This document shows positions 50,362-62,114 of a stretch of 64,000 nucleotides of DNA, in pieces. Source of the stretch: Squalus acanthias (Eukaryota); assembly GCA_030390025.1 (NCBI GenBank), contig CM059433.1:12774001-12838000 (forward strand), given 5' to 3'. The notes beneath the pieces were generated by a model. It was not told the DNA's origin. It made no database searches and saw only the letters and a program-made list of their open reading frames with translations. The position numbers and the translations under genes are program-made. Numbering within the stretch: position 1 is the stretch's first letter; every line of letters begins with the position of its first letter.

Positions 50362-51077
50362 TCCTAGTGGGGCTGTACATTGGTGTTAATCACCACCACA
50401 CCTTTTGAGTGAGAGCCTTATTAAGCACACGTGAAGCATGCTAATGAAGGCCTTTAGCTTTCACTTTCCAGTGATGGGGTAGAAGTCTCGCCCATGGGAC
50501 CTCCTGGCTGTTATGTGTGAAAATAAAGTTACGTGAAATCCCAATTAAAGAGCAGAAGGAAAATGTTTTTAACACCCTTTTTGGAATATTTTTTTTCCTT
50601 CTTTCATTTAATGTTAGCAGTCTATTTTTTCCAGCTAATGCTTTAAATAATTTTCCGATGGAGGAAATGTTTATATGAGAGAAAGCAGCTGAAGCATTGT
50701 TACCAATATCATAGGAAAACGGACTCTGCAGAAATTCTTTCCAAGAGTTCTGCAGAACAAGAACATCCTGTAAAGTGTCTCCCACCGTATCGATGTTTGT
50801 ACCGCCAAAGGGTGCACAACTGTATCTAACTGGAAGTTGCACCAAGTTGGAAAGCAATCTAGTCAGAGTATTTCGTGCTTTAAGTGGTACACAAAGAAAT
50901 AAGGCATAAAAGGGAGATGCGAAGGCAGAACAGCCCAGATCGGCTGTACCCGCCATGATGTCATATCTGCAGGCTCCGGCACACCTACAGTGGCAATGAC
51001 CATGGGGAACGGGCCGAATAGGATTCGGAACAGCAGGAAGCCAGTTGGTGAGCTGCACCATCAGTTACAAGGACACC

Positions 51078-51495
51078 TTTTTTTTTAATTCATTCACAGG
51101 ATGTGGGCATTCGCTGGCAAGGCCAGCATTTATTGCCCATCCCTAATTGCCCTTCTTGAACCCGCTGCAGTCCATGTGGTGAAGTTACTCCCACACAGTG
51201 CTGTTAGGTACAACTGTGTGGCTCGCTACACTATCTCAGGGGGCAGTTAAGAGTCAACCACATTGCTGTGGGTCTGGAGTCACATATAAGCCAGACTGGG
51301 TAAGGACAGCAGACGGTAGACATTAGTGAACCAAATGAGTTTTTACGACAATCCAGTAGTTTCATGGTCACCATTTTTAATCCAGATTTACTTAATTAAT
51401 TGAATTTAAATGCCTCAGCTGCTAGTGGTGGGATTTGAACTCAGGTCTATACAAGATCACTTAATCCAGTAACATAACCACCATGCTACCATACC
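51078..51495 (-). mobile_element. tRNA-derived SINE (possibly AmnSINE2-like) sharing both ends with the LINE at 42309-45422
   Basis: Reverse complement has A-box TAGCATGGTGG, B-box GAGTTCAAATCCC and an A-rich tail. 51208-51495 aligns to 45119-45422, and 51078-51208 aligns to 42309-42457. Confidence 0.85.
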
Positions 51496-51752
51496 TGCAG
51501 CCAACCTGCACCATAGGGTTGACACTGCCAGTGGCAGGCAATGTTACCCATGCACTTAACTTTTTTGTCTGTGCTTCCTTCCAATCTAACCAATGCATCT
51601 CTGCGCTATCAGCCAATGTACAGCCCTCAGATCTATGAAACAACTGTATGTTGTATTGGTCAGCATAACCAGCTGTTTTATCTCCTTTCCCTCGGGCTAG
51701 CAGCATTTGCTCAATGTCACTGGACTGTTATACTTCCCAAAGTACAAGGGGG
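51496..51752 (+). pseudogene. Decayed Harbinger (HARBI1-like) transposase fragment
   Basis: TLPVAGNVTHALNFFVCASFQ / LCAISQCTALRSM...FISFP / LPKVQG across frameshifts, matching ALPV..KVT.ALNFF.SGSFQ...ISQ...FI.FP...FP.VQG. Confidence 0.75.
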
Positions 51753-52497
51753 GTCCTTAAGTAGGTTCCTGCTCCTTCCCGGCTACCATCACTTGCCCCT
51801 CCTCACCTTTCCCTTGTTACTCACCTGGGCTTTATCTTCGCAAGCTTGCTACCTTCTCAAGGTCAAGAATCTGTGCATTTTTGAGAAGGATGCAAGATGC
51901 TGTAAGATCCTATCTTGTCCTGGTCCAGCGACATTGCTTATAGGCTACTTGTGTGGTTGTACGCATGCATGGGTGGGAGCGAGTGAGAAGGAGAGCAAGA
52001 AATAAGAGCTGGATGTCACTTTGAGGATACCTGTGTCTCCATCTTCTCTTCTCCCCTCAGTGGTCTCATAGACAAAGTTGTCCAGTTTGGCTTCCTAACA
52101 GGGAGTCAAGGGCTTGTAATTTAAAGTCCACATTCTATTCGGGTCTGTTCGCTTGCATTAAGTACTGTCTTTTTGTGAAAGCAGAGATGTAGTCTCGACT
52201 TGTAAGTTGAAGGAGCACATGGACAGTGGCAGACATGCTGAAGCTGCAGCCCTTCCTGGCGGCCATCAAGTGACGATGCATCCGGCACCTGGGTTCTGTT
52301 ACAGTGCTTTCCCCAATTTGTGGAGTACCTCCATCCAATAATTGCTTTAAACGATGTGGGGGTTGTTTTAAGGATTATATAAATCATACTTAAGTAATAC
52401 GATAGCAAAATACTGCAGATGCTGGAAATCCGAAATAACAACAGAAAACGCTGGAAAAACTCAGCAGGCCAGGCAGCATCCGTGGAGAGAGAAAGAG

Positions 52498-52534
52498 AGT
52501 TGACGTTTCAGGTCGATGACCTTTCATCAGAACT
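52498..52534 (-). ncRNA. Putative minimal type I hammerhead ribozyme (left arm)
   Basis: Exact reverse complement of 52845-52881. Confidence 0.75.
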
Positions 52535-52844
52535 GGGAAGAGCTGGAAATCAAATAGATTTAAGGCCAGAGTAAAGCTGGGAAAAGGGGGAGGGGATAAA
52601 GGAACAAAAGAGGAGATGAAGAGACATTAAGAGACATTAAGAGATATGCAAGGCTAGAGGTGGTGTTAATGTGACAGATTAAGGCTGAATGAAGTGTGAA
52701 ATCTACTGACAGAATGAAGGACAGCTGCCAGCTTCTAGGAGGAAAAAAAAGGTGTCTCTTCATCTCCTCTTTTGTTCCTTTATCCCCTCCCCCTTTTCCC
52801 AGCTTTACTCTGGCCTTAAATCTATTTGATTTCCAGCTCTTCCC

Positions 52845-52881
52845 AGTTCTGATGAAAGGTCATCGACCTGAAACGTCAACT
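52845..52881 (+). ncRNA. Putative minimal type I hammerhead ribozyme (right arm)
   Basis: AGUU CUGAUGA A AGGUC-auc-GACCU GAAAC GUC AACU. Stem I AGUU/AACU, intact core, 5-bp stem II, palindromic ACGU in place of stem III, GUC cleavage triplet (predicted cut after 52877). Confidence 0.78.
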
Positions 52882-53843
52882 CTCTTTCTCTCTCCACGGA
52901 TGCTGCCTGGCCTGCTGAGTTTTTCCAGCGTTTTCTGTTGTTATACTTAAGTAATAGTTCTTTTATATCTATTATTCTATTGCTTCAATATACAAGAGTG
53001 ATATTGATATAGATGGTCATTTTTTAAAACTGCATTGCTGTTTGTGCAATGTTAAAATCCCTTTGATGACGTGAGTATGCTGAGACTTGCAATTGTAATT
53101 TACAGCTGTAATGTATGGGCTTTGGGTATGCATCGTCACCAGTGAAAGGGCTTGGCAAGGGCTATCATCAACTGTAGAACAGACGTCCTGCCAACACTTT
53201 GTGGCATCCATATGTGTGTGCCGTGCGGCAGCTTCTTCTATATCAGTTGCCGGGTTTTGCAGGTAGTCTGAGCAGTATTGAGCCTGGCCCCCCCGCCTCC
53301 TGCCAGGTATGCTGCTCTGCTGTCCTCCGGGAAGGGTTCCCTGGGATGGAAACAGAGCGACACTCCTCACAGCCACCCATGCAGCAGTATATCCACTTCG
53401 CCAGCCATCAAACACAGAGCTAGAGTGCTGCTCGGATCCATCACTTGTACAACAACTCTATTTCCTGCCTTCGTGTTTATTATACCGGTCGCTGGGAATG
53501 TCTAGCCACTTTTTCCCCCCCTTAAAACAGCTTTTGGAAAAGCGAAATATCCGTGACAAATTATTTCCAACCATTTATGAAAGACGAGCACTGTCTTTGC
53601 GCCCTATGTGACTACTTGTTTTTAAGTAGCCACATCCCTTTAAATGCTTCTATTTTGCTTTATCAGCATCCCTTTAAAGGGCCAGTGTCTGCTAGCTGTC
53701 ACACACAAAAGGAGGTCTCTGATCGGAAGAAAAGTGCAAAGGTGAGCAATGATGATGAATAACTGAGCCTGTTATACACGGGTATCAAAGTAAGTTGCAG
53801 GTGACATCATTGATTAGCTTCTCAAAGTACAAGGAGACTTAAT

Positions 53844-54608
53844 GGCCCAGAAATTGGAGTTCGATGGTTGCCGCGGGGGTAAGGATCCCCCGCGATATCG
53901 CACTCCGCGCCTACCTTTATGGTTCGGGCCCACACGAACTTCTGCTCCTGGGCCTCTCCCTGGTGCCGGCGCGCAGTGTGTGCGTGTCCCAGAGGCGCAG
54001 TTAGTGCGATGCGACCTCTGGGATCACGTGGGCCAGTTAGAGCCAATGGCAGCACACCATCTTTCATTCATAGTTTTGACAGCAAGAGCTGTCAAAACTA
54101 TGAATACAACAAGCCCCCAAAAGAACAGCTAAACCTCAATTAAATTTTTAAAAAAGCCATCACATTAATAAAATAACTATAGTTAAATAAATTAACCACT
54201 TTAAACAAAAATTAAAATTTTTGAAAATATTTAAATTCTTTTTAAAAGTTATAAAAATAAACTTACCTTTCTTTAAAGTCTCTAAAAAAGATAAACCTGT
54301 TGAAAATTTTTTTAAATAATACTTAATTAACTACTTACCTTGTTAAAAGGGGGTCTTACGCCTGCTTTCTTTATGTGTAAAATCTTCAACACTTACCTGC
54401 GCGTTCAAAGCTGAAAAAAAACCTAAGTGCGCTGCGTGCGCACAGCCTGTAGAGCGCACGCGGTTCACTTAGGAACCTCCCCCTTTGCAATACCCGAAGT
54501 GCCGGTTTCCCACGCATGCGCAGTGCATGCAGGAAACCGGCACTTTGGGACCTAATACGCGAGAGTACACAGTGCGTACTCTCCCGCATTAGGTCTAATT
54601 TTCGGGCC
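53844..54608. mobile_element. Harbinger-type MITE, distant relative of M1 in the opposite orientation
   Basis: TIR GGCCCAGAAATT / AATTTTCGGGCC and perfect TSD AAT. Shares with M1 the TTTTGACAG..CTGTCAAAA and GCCGGTTTC..GAAACCGGC hairpins, GGGATCACGTGGGCC, and an AT-rich core. Confidence 0.85.
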
Positions 54609-54711
54609 AATATTTAACCTGAATTTCCCCAGCAACTTGCAACACAAAAGAAACTGATGACAATTATTCTGACGTATTAGAGCAGGCCACATAAAAGAAA
54701 CATAAACTTGC

Positions 54712-54810
54712 ACATAAAAACCAAAAATGCTGGAAATACTCAACAGGTCAGGCAGCATCTGTGGAGAGAGGAACAGAGTTAATGCTTCAGGTCAATGACC
54801 TTTCATCAGA
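54712..54810 (-). mobile_element. Solo Penelope-like P1 terminal fragment with a decayed hammerhead core
   Basis: Matches 52435-52534. The rc core reads CUGAUGA A AGGUC-auu-GACCU GAAGC AUU. Confidence 0.7.
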
Positions 54811-54844
54811 TCTAGCAGATTAATCCAAAGGACTTCCCCACTTT

Positions 54845-55735
54845 GAACTGCCATAGTTTTACCCACTCACTTAGTCTGTCTATACTCATTGGAATTTAGT
54901 AGAATGAGAGGTGATCTTATCGAAACATATAAGCTACTGAGGGGGCTCGACAGGGTAGATGCAGAGAGGATGTTTCCCCTCGTGGGAAAATCCAGAACTC
55001 GGGGGCACAGTCTCAGAATAAAGGGTCGCCCTTTTAGAACTGAGATGAGGAGGAACTTCTTCTCTCAGAGGATCGTAAATTTGTGGAATTCTCTGCCCCA
55101 GAGAGCCGTGGAGGCTGGTTCATTAAATACATTTAAAGTGGAGATAGACAGATTTTTGCAAGATCAGGGAGTGAAGGGTTATGGGGAGCGGGCAGGGAAG
55201 TGGCTTTGAGCCCAAGATCAGCCATGATCTTATTGAATGGCGGAGCAGGCTCGAGGGGCCAAGTGGCCTATTCCTGCTCCTATTTCTTATGTTCTTATGT
55301 CTATATCCCATTCTAACTTCCAGCTCCCATCTACAAAACTTGCTGTGCTTCCTAACTTAGTGTCACCTGCAAAGATGGATATATAACTCTCTATTCCTTC
55401 ATCTAAGTCATTGATATTTATGGTGAAAAGCTGAAGCCCCAGTACAAAACCCTGGGGAAAACCACTTGTCACATCGCGCCCAACAGAGTACATTCACTTT
55501 ATTCCTGCTCGCTGTCTCCTGCCTCCCAACCAATTACTGACCTAATGTCACAAGGTTGCCTCAAATGCCATGTGCTCTAATTCTGGCAATAATCTCTTGT
55601 GCCAAATAATCCCTTGTCAAATGCCTTCTGGAAGTCCATATCGACAACATCCATAGATACTCTCCTACCCACCATGCTAGTGGCCTCCTGCTATAATTCA
55701 ACTAGACTAGTTAGACATGACCTACCCTTCATAAA
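54845..55735 (-). mobile_element. Older CR1 RT fragment, interrupted by a younger CR1
   Basis: ORF 55287-55493(-) reads VTSGFPQGFVLG..ISIFAGDTKLG. It continues at 54845-54884. Confidence 0.8.
54885..55297 (+). mobile_element. 5'-truncated CR1 3' end inserted into the older antisense CR1
   Basis: TGTCTATA duplicated at 54877-84 and 55298-305. Near-identical to 21970-22389. Confidence 0.92.
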
Positions 55736-56039
55736 CCTACAGCCTATATTTGAAATATATTTTACATCAATAAAAACACAACACATCAAGTTAAAGATTT
55801 GAGTTGATACTTTTTAAGGACTCTTTCTTAAAGAAAACAATAGCCGTAAGGGATATTAACCAAACAGATATAGAAAAAAATCCTATGAAGTCGAGCATAA
55901 AGGTTTCTGAATTCCTCAAATTTGCCCTGATATTTAGTGCATGGCTCTGAACAGGCCTCCAGGAAAGAACCCCTCAAGCAGAATCAGCAGTTTCCTGCAG
56001 TGACTAATCTGCTTCTGCTGGCTCCTAGTTAATCAACAT

Positions 56040-56770
56040 CCTGCTCCTGCTGTTCCAGGCTTTATTGCTGTTCCGCATCCACAGTTATACTGATGTCTCT
56101 TACTGTGGCATATTGTCGGGCACCCCTGGACTGATCCACACAATCGGCCCATTGTATAATAGCTATGATGTTCCTGCCTCTGGGATTTGTCTTGATATAC
56201 ACTGTTTACTGAGTGCTAGGTAATTATGTTGTGGTATTATAACCATGTTTTGAGCATGTAACCCATATCTCTGAGTGACCAGCCATATGGCCTATTCTCA
56301 CTCTGGAAAAGCTGGGAAGCCCATAATTCCCTGAGGATAATATTCTGCCCAGTCCCTGGAAACCATACATTGAGTACCTAATCCATTTCCTGTGGTTGCG
56401 CGTCATTTGGAAATTCGGAAAGTGCTCACCTTTGCTGTCGATGAATGCATGGGATTTTCTATAGCTGCTTGCCTGACCAGAAGGCTGTAGGTGTTGACAC
56501 CCTAGACGACTGGGAATGCCGTACCTTTGGTAGAAGTGCTCTGGCTGTTGCCACATCCCCAGTGCTGAACTTGTATAGTCATGAGCATGTCAAAATAGTA
56601 GATCTGTGACCTCTGTCATGTAGCAGCAAGCCATGACCTGGCCAATCCTTGTGAAGTTCCATGCTGATGGGGGGTAACAGTTGAGTGCTGTTGTCACTTC
56701 TACAGCTACTCCAAGTACAGTGCTGATGCTGCTTTATGGTTGCGGGTCTGATTCCAGGAGATGACACATT
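56040..56770 (-). pseudogene. Decayed Harbinger (HARBI1-like) transposase, catalytic region
   Basis: FYQRYGIPSRLG...AFIDSKGEHFPNFQMTRNH / PGTGQNIILRE...GWSLRDMGYMLKTWL corresponds to F...GFP.V.G...F.NRKG.HS.N.Q..C.H / PGS.HD..IL...GWLLGD.GY.L..WL. Confidence 0.78.
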
Positions 56771-56811
56771 TCAGCCCCAGTTGAGATAGCTCAAATGCCT
56801 GTAGGAGACAT

Positions 56812-58310
56812 ACAACAACAACAACTTGTATTTACATCACGCCTTTAACGTTGTAAAACATCCGAAGGCGCTTCACAGGAGTGTTATGAAACAAAATTTG
56901 ACACCGAGCCACATAAGGAGAAATTAGGCCAAAAGCTTGGTCAAAGAGGTAGGTTTTAAGGAGCGTCTTAAAGGAGGAAAGAGAGGTAGAGAGGCGGAGA
57001 GGTTTAGGGAGGGAATTCCAGAGCTTAGGGCCTAGGCAGCTGAAGGCACGGCCACCAATGGTTGAGCGATTAAAATCAGGGATGCTCCAGAGGCAAGAAT
57101 TAGAGGAGCGCAGATATCTCGCGGGGATTGTCGGGCTGGAGGAGATTACAGAGATAGGGAGCGACGAGGCCATGGAGGGATTCGAAACCAAGGATGAGAA
57201 TTTTAAAATCGAGGCGTTGCTTAACCAGGAGCCAATGTAAGTCAGCGAGCACAGGGGTGATGGGTGAACAGGACTTGGTGCGAGTTAGGACACAGGAAGC
57301 TGAGTTTTGGATGACCTCAAGTTTACGTAGGGTAGAATATGGGAGGCCAGCATTGGAATAGTCAAGTCTAGAGGTAACAAAGGCATGGATGAGGGTTTCA
57401 ACAGCGGATGAGCTGAGGCAAGGGCAGAGACGGGCGATGTTTCAGAGGTGGAAATAGGCAGTCTTAGTTATGGCACGGATATGTGGTCGGAAGCTCATTT
57501 CGGGGTCAAATATGACACCAAGGTTGCGTACAGTCTGGTTCAGCCTCAGACAGATGCTAGGGAGAGGGATGGAGTCGGTGGCTAGGGAACGGAGTTTGTG
57601 GCGGGGACCGAAAACAATGGCTTTGGTCTTCCCAATATTTAATTGGAGGAAATTTCTGTTCATCCAGTACTGGATGTCAATTTAGAGACAGTGGAGGGGT
57701 CGAGAGAAGTGATGGTGAGGTAGAACTGGGTGTCGTCAGCATATACGTGGAAACTGACGCTGTGTTTTCGGTTGATGTCGCCAAGGGGCAACATGTAGAT
57801 GCGAAATAGGAGGGGGCCAAAGATAGATCCTTGGGGGACACCAGAGGTAACGATGCGGGAGCAGGAAGAGAAGCCGTTGCAGGTGATTCTCTGGCTACGA
57901 TTAGATAGATAAGAATGGAACCAGGCGAGTGTAGTCCCACCCAGCTGGATGACGGTGGAGAGGCGTTGGAGAAGGATGGAGTGGTCAACTGTGTCAAAGG
58001 CTGCAGACAAGTCAAGAAGGACGAGGAGGGATAGTTTACCTTTGTCACAGTCACAAAGGATGTCATTTGTGACTTTGATAAGAGCCGTTTCGGTACTGTG
58101 GTAGGGGCGGAAACCTGATTGGAGGGATTCAAACATGGAGTTGCCGGCAAGATGGGCATGGATTTGGGAGGCGACAACACGTTCAAGGACTTTGGAGAGG
58201 AAAGGGAGGTTAGAGATGTGGCAGTAGTTTGTAAAGACGGAGGGGTCAAGGGTTGTTTTTTTGAGGAGAGGGGTGATGACGGCAGATTTGAAGGAGAGCG
58301 GTCAGTACCT
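56812..58310 (-). mobile_element. L2-clade LINE, RT region and 3' end, decayed
   Basis: QSGFRPYHSTETALIKVTNDIL, LVLLDLSAAFDTVDH, GVPQGS, YADDTQ and NFLQLNIGKT. (TTG)n tail. Confidence 0.93.
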
Positions 58311-58347
58311 GATAGGACTGGCTGAGGTGGTAGCCGATGGTCCTTCT

Positions 58348-59272
58348 ATAATAGAAACATAGAAAAATAGGAGCAGGAGTAGGCCATTCGGCCCTTTGAG
58401 CCTACTCCGCCATTCAATATGATCATGGCTGATCCTCTATCTCAATACCATATTCCCGCTCTCTCCCCATACCCCTTGATGCCTTTTGTGTCTAGAAATC
58501 TATCTATCTCCTTCTTAAATATATTCAGTGACTTGGCCTCCACAGCCTTCTGTGTTAGAGAATTCCACAGGTTCACCATCCTTTGAGTGAAGAAATTTCT
58601 CCTCATCTCAGTCCTAAATATCCTACCCCATATCCTGAGACTGTGACCCCTCGTTCTGACCCCCCAGCCAGGGGAAACATCCTCCCTGCATCCAGTCTGT
58701 CTAGCCCTGTCAGAATTATATACGTTTCAATTAGATCCCCTCTCATTCTTCTAAACTCTAGTGAATACAAGCCTAGTCAACCCAATCTCTCCTCATACGA
58801 CAGTCCTGCCATCCCAGGAATCAGTCTGGTGAACCTTCGCTGCTCTCACTCTATGGCAAGTATATCCTTTCTTAGGTAAGGAGATCAAAAACTGCACACA
58901 GTACTCCAGGTGTGGTCTCACCAAGGCCCTGTATAACTGTAGTATGACATCCTTGCTCCTGTACTCAAATTCTCTTGCAATGAAGGCCAACATACCATTT
59001 GCCTTCCTAACTGCTTGCTGCACCTGCATGTTTGCTTTCAGTGACTGGTGTACAAGGACACCCAGGTCCCTTTGTATATCAACATTTCCCAATCTATCAC
59101 CATTTAACTAGTACTCTGCCTTTCTGTTTTTCCTACCGAAATGGATAACTTCACATTTATCCACCTTATACTGCATCTGCCATGTATTTGCCCACTCACT
59201 CAACTTGTCGAAATCACCTTGAAGCCTCTTTGCATCCTCCTCACAACTTACAATCCCACCTAGTTTCGTGTT
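58348..59272 (-). mobile_element. CR1 3' part
   Basis: TKLGGIVSCEEDAKRLQGD..WQMQY..KCEVIHFG and LVRPHLEYCVQF, followed by the 3'UTR and tail. Confidence 0.92.
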
Positions 59273-60772
59273 ACTACTGATGGCTACTGATCTTCCCAGC
59301 CCTCCTTCTTCCTTCTCTAACATTTCCAAATGAGTCTTGTTGCTGTATGCACTGAAACATGTTACTAGTTCTGTATGATAAAGTAAATTTACTGGTGCCA
59401 TGCTCCCAGTGGAGAGCTGTAGTCGAAGGGAGCGTGGGTCAGAGAATTGTTGTAACCCTAGCTTAGAAATTCCTCTTATAGTCTCCTTTGTGCCGGTCTG
59501 GGACAGGGCAGAACTTCCAGCCACACATGGATGTGCTGCTGACTCTGTCCAGAATCCTGGGGTTCGGGCAGTTGTGCCATTTTCGGCACTTCTGGGATGC
59601 CCACCTCAACAAATGAATGGAGGAATGAATGAACTGGGCTGGAGCGATACATAGCTTTGGGGGCAAGGAATGCAGAACTGGCGGGGTTTCTGACAGATGG
59701 TATTGCATCAGTCCCATGGCCCCAACATCAAGATGAAGTTTTGAACAGGCTTACAAAAGGGGTGGAGTCGCAAAGTAACCTGCCCCAAATCCGTCCCCCA
59801 CCAGATAACTGCTTTGCTCCATTATGGCCCTGGAGTTTCGAGGCTCCTATCTCCAACCCGCACGTGCACCCTTGAAGCACGACTCACCACTGGGAGTGCA
59901 GGATTGATGGACTTAGCCACATATCTCCATGCTGGACCTCTGCTGGCAGCCTTGAATGGTGCCTTTTAATGGGTTCGATAATACAATCCGCTCGCCAAGT
60001 CAGGCTTGAGTAATTTTACATGAACCACATTAATTGCTGCTTAACAAGGACAGAACAGGCAAAACAACATGGTGCAAGATTTGTTGGTTAACTTGCACAG
60101 TAATTGTTTAGGCGCAGGAGAAATTTCAAGAGTAGAGACAAAATTGAATGCTCTTTTCATTAGCGCTGATTCAAAACTGACTTAATTTTTTGAAGAGCAA
60201 ATCCCCCGCTCCTGAATGCTCTTTGCCACCCAGCATTGTCAGCACAAAGGGTCTATGATGGAAATAATACAGCGATTGTAAAATCAATGGTTGTAACCCT
60301 ATAAACATAAATATCAACCAACTGTAAATGTCTATACCCGTGAGCTTGATCCATCACAGATATTTAAAATACAAATATTAAGGATTTGTGCGGATTAAAC
60401 TTGCAATTGCCAAAGTTTGCATACAAGCACTTAACGCCTGTTCTTACATAATGTTTAACCCGTTTAAAATAAACAGGCTGATGGCTGTGCATAAATAGTG
60501 CAAATAAGAAGTAGGGTAGCTGTTTTAAGTATTCGTACTTGAACGTTGCCGATCAGAAGTGCTACTCTGTGACTTTACTGACAACTGTGCAATATTTCAT
60601 CGATAGACGACCAAAAAGGAATATTGTCTCTTTATTATAGTAGCATAAACATTTATCACAGTCTTGTATGCTATTTCTATTCTTAAGATTTGTACTGGTT
60701 CTGGGGAGCAATGAGTCTTTACTGTAGCTATGCCTGGAAATCTATCACTTTGATGCAACCCCTCAGAATAAT

Positions 60773-61525
60773 GGAGGAAAAATTCGCTAGCGACCATTTT
60801 TGGGTCGCTAACATCGCCTGGGCGCTAAATTTAGCACGCCGGCGATCGGTAACTTCAGTTTTAGCGCCCCAAGAGGGAGGTGACACGCTAATTCAAGCAC
60901 TCCACTTCCTTCTTGGAGCGCTAACCCCAAATATCAGGGCGATGCGTTCTGCAGCGCTACGCACTGGGCCACGTAGCACTGCCGCATGGAAGGGCTCTTC
61001 CCCATCATTAAAGGGGAGGGCCCAAGCCCACAACCCTGCGGGGCCCGACCTGGACCACCGGGGCGCGGGGTGCCATGACAGCCGCCCGGCACAGAAGAGG
61101 CTGCCAGATCGCGGCACGGACACCGCGTTCAAAGAGGCAACGGGCCGCGACAAGTAAGTCGGCCGATATTTTTATTTCCCCACACCCGCCACCTCCCCTT
61201 TACTTATTGCCCCGCGAGCCTCCTGCCGCTCCGTTCCCGCCCCCTGAATTGGTCGCTGTCATCGCCCGGCGCGGATTCAGGGGGCGCGGGCCAATTTTGC
61301 AGATGGGGCAAAAACGGGGCGCTGCGCACGGTGATGATGGCGTCATCGCCTGCGCAGCGGAGCGGGGGCGCTACCGGTTACCGCCGCCACTAAACTCCTG
61401 CTGAATTTAGTGGGAGTCGTTAGCGGCGCCGCGCCTGGGCGAAAAGTCGTTTGCGGCCCTCGTTAACCCCCCCCACCGCCCCAGGGGTGCTAACGAGAGG
61501 CGCAAATGCACCGAATTTCTAGCCC
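60773..61525. mobile_element. CpG-rich Harbinger-type MITE (753 bp)
   Basis: Ends GGAGGAAAAATTCG / CGAATTTCTAGCCC, perfect TSD AAT, repeated GCGCTAA/TTAGCG sub-terminal motifs. Confidence 0.78.
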
Positions 61526-62114
61526 AATGTATTCTCAAATAACTGAAGTCATTTGGTAACCAACAGCATTCCCTGCAATCAGCCTACAGTTTGTTCTGAA
61601 TTCATCCCTTAAAGTCTGGTTGCACCCATTGTACCACTTAATAAAATCAACGCCACTCTGAAAATTTTAGAACTCTCCATATCCTGGTTTCATTTCTTCA
61701 TCATTCAGTGTAGAGAGAAACACAATGAGACTGATTTTCACTTGGGGAAATCGGTGTTAACAGGGTGGTAAGTGGGCCTCAAATTGAAGTTGGTAGACTT
61801 ACTGCTGCGTTGTTGCCGATGCAACGACAGTCGCCATTTTGAAAGAGGTTTACCCCAGGCGGCCTGAGCGTCTGCTTTGAAACAGGCAGCAGGCCTCGAT
61901 CCCATGCAAAGAGGGCTCCTAATGATGTGGTTAGGAGCCTGATTGCAGTTTTCATGGGACACACGGGTGGACCATGTCTACTGGTGTTCCAATCAGGAAA
62001 CAGCCAGAAAAAAAAATTAAAGGATTGCTTTTCTGTGGAGCCGGAGGGATCTTCCTGGCTCCACAAAAAAAAACTGCGGGCCGTTGCCGGCCCCGGCATC
62101 ACCCCACTGCGGCG

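Larger units (their letters stand above)
52400..52944. mobile_element. Penelope-like fold-back element (family P1): perfect 192-bp inverted arms, 126-bp spacer, 35-nt unpaired tail
   Basis: Arms 52435-52626 and 52753-52944 are exact reverse complements by eye. ATACTTAAGTAATA is duplicated at 52386-99 and 52943-56. Confidence 0.88.

Noticed and set aside
60690..61525. CpG-island promoter or gene
   Set aside because: The CpG-rich block coincides with a TIR/TSD-bounded MITE, and no adjacent exon was found.
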